Of a stretch of 64,000 nt of DNA, positions 25,680-37,526 are shown piece by piece (the stretch's first letter is position 1; every line of letters begins with the position of its first letter). Source of the DNA: Nymphaea colorata (lineage: Eukaryota); contig NC_045138.2 in NCBI RefSeq assembly GCF_008831285.2, forward strand, positions 37,262,001-37,326,000, given 5' to 3'. Under the pieces are notes generated by a model. The model worked only from the letters and a program-made list of their open reading frames with translations, searched no databases and was not told where the DNA came from. Made by a program: the position numbers and the translations under genes.

Positions 25680-27400
25680 GACTTTCTAACATCCCAATAG
25701 ACAATCAAGAAGGACATTTTAATGAAAATACATCTTTCTCCAAAGATAGAGATTCCAATTTTCCCATGTAAACATACATCAAATATCAAACCTTCAATAC
25801 ATGCCCTTTTGATGGGGATATCAAAGTTAACTTTCTACCACATGCATGTCTTAATCTTTTATGCAACAATCTTTTTGGCAAGAGTGTCATCTGGCCCGGA
25901 TTTGGTGTTGAATTTGGACAAGAGATTTACAATGTCAATCAAACATCCAATTTGACGTGGTTTAGTTGTTGGATTTTAGTTTTAGGTCAATGATTCAAAA
26001 CACATGTCAAATATGATCAACTTCAGACGTTGGATCTGAATGCTGAACATACAATCTAAATCACAAGCATAATTAAGATCTATTTTAGATCTTGGATTTG
26101 ACTTTAGCATCACGCCTCTAGATCAAGGGTCTAATCTGATTTGGTTTAGATGTTGAAATTGTGCTTTGGAAAAAAGGTTTTGATCAGAGGTCTAATCTGA
26201 TCAATTTCAGATGTTGGATTTTAGTTTTAAATCCAAGGTGTTGATATGAGGTTTAATCATGTTTAGATGTAACCTGGTTTAGATGTTGGATTTTAGTTTT
26301 AGATCAACAATTCAGAACACATGTCTAATACGATCCGCTTCAAATGTTGGATTTGAATGTTGAACATACGATCTAAATTACAAGCATAATTAAGATCTAA
26401 TTTAGATGTTGGATTTGACTTTAGCATCACACCTCTAGATCAGAGGTCTAATCTGTTCTGGTTTAAATGTTGGAATTGAGCTTTGAAAGCAGGGTTTTGA
26501 TCACAGGTCTAATCTGATCGGTTTTAAGTCTTGGATTTCAGTTTTAGATACAATGTGTGAATCAAAGATCTAATCTAATTTGGTCAAAATGTTGGATCTA
26601 TATGTTGGGCTAAATATGAATTCCTAATCCATCCTTTGACATGATGCGGGATCCCAATAAACGATGAAGGACATTGTAATGAAACCATATCTTTGTCCAA
26701 AGATAAAGATTCCAATTTTTCCATGTGAACATATACCAAATATATAATCTTCAAATACATGCTCTTTTGATAGGGACATTCTACCACTTGGATGTCTTAA
26801 TCATTCATGTAACAATTTTTTTGGACACACTATACAAATAGTCACTAGAACTATAAATTGTTTATATAATTTATAGTTCTAAAATTGTCTCCAAGCAACT
26901 TCTAGAACTAGCAATCCTACAACCAACATTTATCTAGTCACAAAATAACATCATAGCCATGATCCAAGGTTTGAAGAATATAAACAATAATCATATTGGT
27001 ATTTGGATGAACGACCAAATTTACATTTAATTGTACTTGTGATCTGAACCGGATTTAGTGTTCAATTTGGACTAGAGATTTACAATTTGGATAATACATC
27101 TAATCTAACCTGGTTTAGTTGTTGAATTTTGGTTTTGGATCAAAGATTTAGATCACAAACCTAATATGATTTGCTTCAAATGCAGGATTAAATTTTGAAC
27201 ATAAGATCTAAATCACAAGCATAATTAGATCTAGTTTAGATGCTTGACTTGAAGATGGCATCTAGATCAAAGTCTAATCTGATTTGGTTTCAATGTTAGA
27301 TTTCACTTTTGCATCAAGGGCCTAGATCAGATGTCTAACCTGATCCGGTTTAGGTGCTGAACTTGGTCTTTGGAAACAACACTTCGATAAGAGGGTCATG
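25680..27400. repeat. Degenerate ~59-60 bp tandem array with higher-order duplications (~318 bp and ~960 bp offsets)
   Basis: Repeated tctaatctgat.tggtttagatgttggattt; 25981-26270 recurs from 26298; 25690-25880 recurs at ~26650-26825. Confidence 0.75.
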
Positions 27401-27547
27401 ATTGATTGCCTTGAATATGCTTCAGTTTTGGTTCTCGAAATGTGGAGTCATTTAAATTTTCATATTGTTCCCAACTTTATATGTGGCAAGTACTTTCTCT
27501 TCTTCCTTGATTACAAGAACTTCACATTCATTTTAGCACAAACTTAC

Positions 27548-27945
27548 GCCGTGTTTGGATGACACTTGAAAATGAGGTTTTAAGATGCAAAACCTCGTTT
27601 TGCCTCACAAACCTCACTTTACCCCACTTTTGGGGTGTTTGGATGACAACAAACTGGATTTTTAAGAACCTTACTTTTGCTCAAAAGCTGTTTGAAACCA
27701 GTTTTTGAAAAACCTGCTCCCCCTAAGATTTTTCACCGCAAGGGTAGGTTTGGTATAGTTTTATGTCTACCCTTAGAAAAGTCTATGAATTTGGTTAGCA
27801 TTATTAAATGTGTGTTAATTGTTAATACACCAGTTTTATGTCTACACTTAGAAAAATCTAAACAGGTTCAAAAGGTAAATAGGTTCAAAAGGTAAACAGG
27901 TACACCAGTTTTACTGTTAATACACCAGTTTTATGTCTACACTTT
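27548..27945. mobile_element. Probable PIF/Harbinger-like MITE remnant (GTGTTTGGATGACA end) abutting the truncated integrase
   Basis: gtgtttggatgaca twice (27551, 27635), also at 36161; only one end recognisable. Confidence 0.4.
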
Positions 27946-30691
27946 GCAGGACACTCAATTTATTGTATACATAGCTGTTAACACAGCTTCACCCCAAAAA
28001 ACTTTTGGTAATTGTGCACTGCCAACATAAATCTCACTATGTTCAAGAGGGTTCTGTTACATCTCTCAATCACACCATTTTGTTGTAGTGTTCAAGGCAT
28101 TATAAGTGTATTCTCCTCCTCGATCAGACCTTACAACTTTAATATATCTCCCAAGTTGTCTTTCGACTTCAGATTTGTATTCCTTGGATTTCTCAAGTGT
28201 TTCCGACTTGTATATAATTAAGTATATATAACCAAATCTTAAGAAGTCGTCAATAAATGTTACGAAGTATAACTTTCCACTATGAGTTTGAACTCTGAAA
28301 GGTCCACATATATCAGTGTGGATTATCTCCAATAGTTTAGTGGCTCGAATTACTTCACACGAAAATGGTTTTCTTGCCATCTTTTCGTATACACATGACT
28401 TGCATTTCGTGAAATCATTTATATTTATGTTAGGTATTAAACATTGTTGTGCTAGAGTCTTTATCTTTTTTATGCTTATATGGCTAATTCTTTTATGCCA
28501 TAAGTTTACATTCACACTCATTGCACAGTCGAAATAAGTAGAACCAGAAGCTTCATTCATATCATTAAGTTTGAACATACCATGTTTTTTTACAAATTTT
28601 TCATCGAAAATGGATCTTCCTTATTTTTCCATTGTTACTTTTCTCAGAATAAAACGAACTTCAAAACATTTCTCAGTCAGTGCGAGAACTGACACTAGAT
28701 TCCTCCTCATGAAAGGGACATACAAAACCTCATTAAGTATGACACTAGTACCCCCAGCATTTAGTCAATATGTCTCAATTCTTATAACATCATAATATGA
28801 GTTGTTTCCCATGTAGACCTTGTTTGTTCCTGGACTCAATTCTTCCATGTGATTCATGTCTTCCGTTGTCTTCGCAATGTGTCAAGTAGCTCCTGAATCA
28901 ATCCACCAACCAGTCAGATCTCCATCTGCAAACAAATATTCTAACACCACACAGATGACTTCTCTATCAGTGTCTCCTTGCGGCTTTTCTCATGTTGTTG
29001 TTGTCCTGACCATTGTTATCTTTTTTATTTGAGAACTTTGTCCTGAAATTCTTCTTGATATGTCCAGGCTTTCCGCATCTGTAGCATTTCACTACAGTTT
29101 CTTGAGATTTCTTAGTACCTATAAAATTGCCTTTGAACTTACAATCGTTTCGATTTTTAAATTGTTTGGGTCTTACATGCACATGACTACTAGCAGGTTT
29201 TTCTTGGACTATCATCAGTTCTGTATTCTTTTTCTTGGCCAGACATTGTTGTTGTAGAGATAACTGTAAATGAAGCTTTTGTAAAGTAAGATTATTAAGT
29301 TGGAGACACAAGGCAGTGATTGCCACATCACAAGAAGGAGGTAGGCTGTTCAGGATTGTGCTAATCTGCATTTTGTCTGATATGACATTCCCTACCACGG
29401 CTAAATCTTTAGCCATGATCAACATCTTATTAATATGATCCATTACATTGTGTAACTCTTTCGTCCTACATGAATTATATTGTTCTAGCAGTAATTGTAT
29501 GTGCATCGCAGTAGTAGTGTTTAATATTTCCTTGGCAGTTGGACAATCTTTAAATACTCTGATCTGATCATCTTCCATAAAAGCTAACATGATGGTTTTA
29601 GCCATCAGGTCATCAAAGATAAATGACTCATATGCCCTTCTTTCCTCATATGTAGGTTTGTCTCCTAAAATGGGAAAAGGCTAGTTGATTACATAAATGA
29701 GTCTTTATAATGGCAAGACCAACATAATCCTATGTTTTCATGCATGGAAGTTTGTTCCATTCAGTTTTTCAGTCTTAGCTAACTCTGGGGCTCCCACTCT
29801 TGATGTCATTTTGGTGTTCAACAAGTATGTCTCTAATACCACTGTTGGAGTAATTGAAGTCACAACTGAAGTTGCAGTCGTCGCCTACGCAGTAAGTTCA
29901 CCAGCGGCTCCAGTGTTCAAGTGAAGAAGCAGCAACTGTCCCCTGTAGAAAACAACAGAGCAAGAGGAAGAGGAAGAGGAAGAAGAAGAAGAGTAAGTTA
30001 GATTTAGAGGTTTCCTTCTAAGGGGCTCCTCACGATCCTCTTCTAGAGAGTGATTAAACATTAAGCATTGCTGGGTATAAATGGCCAGTCCCTTAGGTTT
30101 TCCCCAAATCCTTAGGTTAAATCCTTAGGTAGTTTGGTTTATCCAATAAATATTCAAGTCGGACGACGTGTTTTATCCAATAAATATTCTAAAACAGTGT
30201 CCGGACCATTTTTTTTTACTTATACACAATGGGTATACCCAATTACTTTAAAATTAAATTGCAAACAATTAATTTTAATAAGTTTTAGAAGCATTAGTTA
30301 ATTTAGTTTAAGTAGGATATTCATAGGTTGGCCGTAGTGGACGACCGGATCTGACTTCCGGCCGGGACGGAGAATCTGAAAATAAGTGGTCCTTCGGCGG
30401 CAATATAAAAAAGGAAAAGGGGGAGCAAATTAATTTTTGCAGAACAACTTGCAGTCTGAGTCACCTGGGTGCGTTTGATTTGAGCTCGCACCCGCACGGA
30501 CGCATTGCGGGTGCGCTCCAGGTGCGCACCCAATCAGCACCCGCTGATGAGCTCGCACCCAAACCGCACCCGGTGGTTGGATCTAGTTTCGAGTCGAAAC
30601 CAAATCCAAACCAAGTGTATGGTTTGGATTTAAATCTGATTTCGGGAAAAAACCAGATCCAAAATCCATAAAATCAAATCCACCATTCTCA
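27945..30691 (-). mobile_element. Decayed Ty1/copia LTR retrotransposon, 5' half: LTR (~30691-29843), PBS, gag, protease, integrase; RT missing
   Basis: LTR ends ..CCAACA followed by tRNA-Met-type PBS TGGTATTAGAG (29841-29831); gag with CYRCGKPGHIKKN knuckle; WWIDSGAT protease; LWHKRISH, IHTDICGP, VRSDRGGEY, QQNGV.ER.NRTL integrase; stops and frameshifts. Confidence 0.9.
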
Positions 30692-31242
30692 CCCGTCGGC
30701 CATTACATCTATAGATATATTATATGTTCTCTTTTCTCTTTCAAAAAAAACGATACAGGACTAAAGAATGGTGGCTTTCATAAAACAATCTGTTTGCCTT
30801 TTTTTCAAACATTTTTTTTTTGATTTTTTTTCCACTACCATAAAATGTATAATTTTAATTGTGTTATTTAATTTCTACAAAAAATTAATAATAATAATAT
30901 TATTATTATTAATATTAATAAAATATCTTCACCGCACCGCCACACCTAATTTTTTTGAGATGTGCCGCACCGGCACCGGCACCCGCACCCCGCACACAGG
31001 TGACATAGCTTGCAGTTATAAGACTTTGTCAATAACCATAGGCAGGGTGAGAAGGGAACAGGAACGCAGAAGATATTTTGGGTGGTGAGATTTATTTGGG
31101 GGCCCTTATCAGATGGATATGGGTCGAATCGTGCAAGATCTAATCCAAATGAGATTGGCTTGTAGGATACGGCAAGAGTCCACAGGGGCGCATCTAGCAG
31201 GTAAACTAAAAGATATTATTTCTCACCAATGATTCCATAAAA

Positions 31243-31246
<4 letters not shown>

Positions 31247-31314
<68 letters not shown>
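31247..31314. repeat. (TA)n microsatellite
   Basis: Direct reading. Confidence 0.95.
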
Positions 31315-31316
<2 letters not shown>

Positions 31317-31599
31317 AGGGGCATTTCTAGACAGATACATTCAAGAATGAATGATCTTGACCGTTCCATCTAACTTAATGGGATTGCCATACGAGGGGAT
31401 AATGTTTTCTATTTTATATTTTTTCAATTACTAGAAGTTCTTTTTAAGACCTTATTTGACAGTTTTTGTGAACTTATGACCCTTATTTAAAAAATTATAA
31501 AAGATATTGGTTCTAATTTCTTGACTGTGGGCAAAAGATGTGCCTAAAAATAGATTTTTTTTTCTTTGATAGAAGAACCTTGGAAAATTACAGTACTTA

Positions 31600-33290
31600 G
31601 GTGTAGGGGTTTACGAATGTTTGTGGCCTTGTAAACCTAAGTCTGGTACCACGCCGTATTCGTAGGTTGCTGTCCCAAGGCAATAGCAGCAAACGCCTTA
31701 GGAATATCATAACATTGGCGAGTTGTGTGGTATTTCCTGCCATATAATTGACATACTGTAGGCTGATTCATCGAGTTAGAGTCCTTAAACCCACAATTAC
31801 CTTGATTTTGATAAGAACTTTTTGATGGATTTCCATTATGTTGAAGATATGTTGTCTGCCCCGACCTTGGCCTCTATGGAAATGATTACGCTCACATACT
31901 TGCTGGCTAAAGAAGGCCACAAAATTTTTAACTTGTTGAGAAAAGTGGCGGTTCGTGTTTTGAAGCCTTTTCTCATGATTTAACAAGAGATCATATATCT
32001 CAGCAAATATAGGCAGATTCTTCATGGTAGTGATTGACGTTATAAAACTTTCATATTCAGTGGATAACCCATTAAGAGTGGTGTACAATAATATAATAAA
32101 AAATAAATTCATTTGCAGCACTTAAAGCATGAGCAAGAAATCTGACTTTATTCCAGTATTCGATCATGGGGAGATCTCCCTTTCACACGTCTTGAAGATC
32201 TCGTTTTAACTGTAAAATCTGCATACTTGATTGCGATGCATAAGATTTTTCTAATTGAATCCATGCATCTTCAGACGTGGGGGATCTAATGATTTGACCC
32301 AAAGCAGAGTTGTCTACAGTAGCCTTGTTCCAGTTTAAGGCTAACTGATCTACTCGCTTCCAAATAATAAACTCAGGGTTAACAACTTTGTTTGCTCCTT
32401 CCTCAATAAATTGTTTTGGAGCAGGATAAAAACCATCCACAAATTTAATGAGATCTTGGCTGAACATGATAGATTCTATTTGCAATCTCCATAGCAAATA
32501 GTTGGAACTATCTAGCTTGATTGAAAGAAGACTAGAAAAGGCATTCCATCAAAAGATGGACTGAGATGAAAGAGAGATGGAACCTATATTTGATAATGAT
32601 GAGGAAGGATTTGCTACTGCCATGGAGACTCAGACGCCACCAAAAATTGAACAGATATTAGAATACCATGATGGGAGTCGTTAGTCCACAATATTTCCTC
32701 AATATAATGTCAAAAACAGAGTGTTGCAAGCAGGGAGCCACAGATAGGCGGCCACAAAATGCCTGATTCCGGCCAACTACGGCACCAGATTTGGTCGAGC
32801 ACCGGTCTGTTGGAAAGACGACTCCTTGGTGATGCTTCCTGTGCAACCTCGAGGTGAATGGACGAGCATGGAGACAGTGCCAGATTTTTGAAGTGAAGGG
32901 CGGATGTCGGTTTCCCCTGTTTCATGCACTGAAGGAGAAGAAGCCGCAGGAGAGGCGGCCGAAAATCAGGACATTCCGGTTGGCTCAAGCAACGATTCCG
33001 GGCAAGGATGGGCTCCTTGGAACCATAATGAGTAGGGGTGTCTCTTGAGCAGTACGGTGGCCAACGGAGGTCGGCGCTGACAATGATATGTAGATGAACA
33101 GGGATTGCTGAAAAACTGTGATTGCTAGACAAAAGAGGCCTTTGCGATGACGGTATAGGGGAATAAAGGCTGCATATAGAACCATGCAGGTAGCTCTAAT
33201 ACCAAGTTAAAAACTTAGAATAAGAAGAAAGAACAATTTTTTAACGTGGTTGAGCCTTACACTTACATCCACAACTTTGCAACTTCTGTT
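31600..33290 (-). mobile_element. Second decayed Ty1/copia element (different family): LTR remnant, PBS, gag, degenerate zinc knuckle and protease
   Basis: PBS TGGTATTAGAGC at 33204-33193; IKLDSSNYLLWRLQIE..WKRVDQLAL.W..AW.QLEK.YAS; LNGLSTEYESF; CQLYGRKYHTTRQC knuckle; multiple stops. Confidence 0.85.
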
Positions 33291-33494
33291 GATTGCATGA
33301 GAGATGCAGGTTCCATTATTTAATCATGTGGAATTACATTTGGATAGATATGGTTGCCTACATAATTGCTGATTTTGAGCTTTTGATTTGGCAAACATAT
33401 CTCTTCTTTCTTTATCTTGTTCATCAGTGTTTTTGTCAAGTTTATCACGAGAGATTTGATCATGATTTCCTTTTATCTTAACAAAGTCATCATA

Positions 33495-33930
33495 GGAACT
33501 TTCAATGGCATATACTAGTAAGACACACTAAAAAGTAAAAATGCCATTGAAAGAGATTTCAATGGCATATACTAGTATGACACACTAAAAATGCCATTGA
33601 AGGAGATTTCAATGGCATCATTTAGTGTTGCTATAGGCCATTATGACACACTAAAAATGCCATAGTAAGTTTCTTCTATGGCACTTCATTCACAGTTTTT
33701 GACTTTGTTTCTGCATCATTAAAAGGCAATGAATGCTATTACAAAATGTCATTATTAACTTTTATGCCTCACTTCTCGTACCACTATTGATATTTTATAA
33801 CTATTTGCAAATGCCACTAAAGGCCTTTTAGAAACATCATTAAAAATCTTTAGTTCTTATAACATAGCAAGTCAAATGCACTAAAGGGGGAACTTTTTCT
33901 TGGCAATATAAAAATTAATGTCATTAAAAT
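33495..33930. repeat. Direct and inverted AATGCCA(T/C)T / AATGGCAT motif cluster resembling CACTA subterminal repeats; similar cluster at ~22560-22870
   Basis: Multiple aaaatgccattgaa / ttcaatggcat copies in both orientations; no intact CACTA..TAGTG ends. Confidence 0.4.
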
Positions 33931-34546
33931 AAGATTTTGGTACATATGAATGTGTAAATACAATAAGCAAAACAAATAATACATTGAAATTTTCCTTTAT
34001 ATATATTGATAATGTTTCTACTTTCAACAATCAAATGTTAAATATAATCACATTAGTTCACGTATTGTGTAAGAAAAGGACATGATGTTCAGTTCAAATG
34101 CATATATAAGCTTCAAAAATTAAATATTTTTCTTAACAAACACCCCCATAATCATCATTTTTTTTGAAGCTTGTACGAAAAGGTCCAGACTGTATTTGTT
34201 TATTTACCTACCTATTTTGATTGGGAAGGTGTGGTAACTAAGCTTGTGTGTTTTGACTGGTAATGTGAAAAGTCCATCATCTAATTTTATCGCCCCTTCT
34301 GAGGCACTTGATTCTTTTTGGGTGCTAGGAATATTTGAAAATCAAGAATAGCTAAGTTGGTTGCATCTATTCCTTAAATGTTAGGGCATGCATCTCCTGA
34401 TGAGGAACATATATGATGTTTTTTCATGTACCTTTTTTTGGTCATGATGTTTGTAACTCACTTATTTCTTGTTGTCTATAGCTAGAAATGGGTCTTTCGA
34501 ATACTTACAGTAGTTAACCCGCGATTCACCTTTGTACATTTACCAG

Positions 34547-36000
34547 GCTACCCTGTCAGGGCATCAGGTCATGTATCAGCAACTAGCCGCCTGGATGGTT
34601 CACGGACTTCTTCACGATCAATATGGAAAAATTTTTATTTGGAGGTATTGTTCTTTTCTACAGATAGTTGAACAATCACTAGGCTTGACAATTTTTCTTT
34701 GCCCGTCTTTCCAATTGCTCAACTGAAAACTAAACGTTCAACACCTTGTGTCAGCATCTTGGACTGTTTTTGCCAATTCGAAAATTGAAGTGCCTGATAT
34801 GTAAGTGCATTTTGCATGCATCTTTGACAAGTTGGAATTCAGGATTCCATGTTTTCTTGGTATATTTCCTCGACCTTCAGAGACAAAACATTGGTTGCTG
34901 CATCGGACTATTGGTTTTATAATCTTCATTTGCAATTTGAAGTGTTGAAATTTCAAATCATGTGAGAAAGGACTTTTGATTATGTCTTTGCATAATTTTG
35001 GTTTCCTTTCTGCTTTCTTGTCTCTTTGACGGGCTTCTATCTTTTAAATCCTTAAATTATTCAAGCTTCTTAATTTTGCCTCTATTTCATTGACTTCTTA
35101 AGCAAGTCATTGCAATATTGTCCATTATACTAAATATTGAAAAGGCTTTGTTTTCTCAAAGCAGCCAACCTTTGATGGTGATTGTTTCTGTTTTAACCTA
35201 GATACAACTGAACAAACTTTTTCTTCAGATGGGCGATGACATTGAAACAGTTTTGCTTTCTCGTTCAAACACACATATTTTTGCAATATTTTTCTGTTGT
35301 ACTTTTTACCTATTTGAGACATTCATCAAGGGTTGTTTACTTCTTGAAGATTGTTCTGCTTGCCTACCTTTTGCAAATGGAAATGTGATAAAACTATTTT
35401 TATTTTGTATGTTTTGGTGCATCAACTTGTTATATATCATGTCTTAAGCCACTATGCACCATGCTTCACAGTGCAGGTTGTGTGACCAGAACACACCCAT
35501 ATGCGGGTTGCTGAATCCATACTTTTCTCTGGGGAGGCAATAAGGGTTCTAAGGAACCCTTGTCGTGCTTTCAGGTGTGAGGCTGATGTTTTTCATCATG
35601 GAGTTCGAAGAGGATCCAACAGATATCAGTGACTGTTTGGATGCTTTCCTTAAGAGGAGCCTTGTATTGACATTGATTTGTTGGGGAAGAATTTCTCTCT
35701 CAATCTGAAGCGGATAAAATTGTTGGTATGCTTCAAGAATTAAAGGTACCCACAATCCATCTTTGTTTTCCTTCACATGTTAGTGTTGTTTGAATGCAAC
35801 ATGCTCTCCTTAATATATTGTGAATTATATGTGTGAATTAGGCTTTATGATAGACAAATGAAAAAAGTTACAGTTTGTCAGTTGCTTTTCTTGTTCATAC
35901 TGATTTAGATATCTTGCATGAGTTTCCCGAGTTTGATAAGAGGTCGTTTAAACATGCTCTTGACTCCATTCACATGATAGCAGCTGGTCATCGATGGCAG
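34547..36000 (+). pseudogene. GCP4: Gamma-tubulin complex component 4 (GCP4) fragment; exon remnants 34547-34644, 35477-35745, 35920-36000
   Basis: GHQVMYQQLAAWMVHGLLHDQYG; HMRVAESILFSGEAIRVLRNP; SQSEADKIVGMLQELK|; EFPEFDKRSFKHALDSIHMIAAGHRWQ|, collinear with plant GCP4 as recalled; in-frame stops, frameshifts, last acceptor AG reads AT. Confidence 0.85.
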
Positions 36001-36289
36001 GTGGGGGCTGTTAGCAATATAATCGTTTACACACACACACACACACACACACAAAGCTCATGAACAAGCTAAAGCTGCTCTTTTAACTATTCATTTTCCT
36101 CCCACTCCAGCTTGTGAAATTATTACAAAATAAAGTGGGGGGTTGAGACAATATAAAGGGGGTGTTTGGATGACATCCTCTTAAAACCAAGTTTTGTTAA
36201 GCTTGGTTTTCTAAACCAGGTTGTAAACCTGGTTTGTTTGTTTGGATGACAGTAGAAAACCACGTTTTTACCAATTTGAACCTGTTTGG

Positions 36290-37272
36290 TTTCACTATTA
36301 TATGTTTACTCTTTGAGCTAACAGCTCCATTCTTCATAAAAGATATTGCTGCCTGATTATCACAGTATAGTTGAACTGGTTCATGAACAAGATCTAATTT
36401 CAAGTCTTTCAAGAACTGATTTATCCAGACAGTAAAAGTAATTGCAACATTATATGCTACATACTCTACTTTCTGAGTGTGCTGAGCAATACATCCCTGT
36501 TTCAGCAATATCTTTTATGAAGAATGGAGCTATTACCTCAAAGAATAAACATATAATAGTGAAATACCAATATGTTCATGAAATGATAGAGAAAAATGAA
36601 ATCTCAGTTGATAATTTGTCTACCAATGATATGGTAGCTGATCTCTTAACTAAGGTTATATCTGAAGACTTATTTTCAAAACATGTAGCCCATATGAGGC
36701 TAAGATATATTTGAAAGGTTGCGAAAGAAAAACGATTGAATGGAAAACCTCGCTGTAAATCTTGGATAAAGTTTGGGTTACGATAGATAAACTAATTACG
36801 AAAAACCAAGTAACTAGTTAAATGAAGAAAACCCACATATAGTAGAAGCAAACTGGTGGTCTCATGGTCAAGTGAGAGATGTTGGATAGTGGCTATTGAG
36901 CCTTATCTGGATATCTCGAGATTTACTCAAAACTTCTCACGAGATAAAGTTCATCTTTATCTCAACATTTTGTTAAAAAATCTCTCACGTTAATCGCTGC
37001 TGGGATTTGGGGAAAACCTAAGGGCTGGCTATTTATACCCTGCAATGCTTAATGTTTAATCACTCTCTAGAAGAGGATCGTGAGGAGCCTCTTAAAAGGA
37101 AACCCCTAAATCTGACTTACTCTTCTTCTTCTGCCTCTTCCTCTTGCTTTGCTGTTTTATACAGGAGACCGTCACTAGGAGACAATCGCTACTTCTTCAC
37201 TTGAACACTGGAGCCGCTGGTGAACTTACTGCACAGGCGACGACTGCCGCTGTGAATTCAATTGCTCCAACG
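36290..37272 (+). mobile_element. Ty1/copia 3' end: RNase H (partly inverted), PPT and 3' LTR (36880-~37272)
   Basis: LYCDNQAAI, SK.KHI, DMVADLLTK RNase H motifs; purine tract AAGTGAGAGA then TGTTGG at 36880; 37003-37271 is the reverse complement of 29844-30111 (LTR of the other copia). Confidence 0.85.
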
Positions 37273-37526
37273 GCACATGCGACATGAATGTCGTCGTTGG
37301 AATATTAATGCATTCATGCATCAATTGCTCCAACAGCATTCAAGCTACATGAATGCCGTCATTGGAATATTAATGCATTCATGCATGTCGTTCAAAGTTG
37401 CATCTGCCCACTCTGTCCTACATTAAAATAAATTGACCTCTCAAGAACTCGTGAACTTGTTGATTTCAAGCTGCAGTTTCACAATTCCTTTGAGATTCTT
37501 TCCTTCCTTTTCCTTGCACTAGAGCG

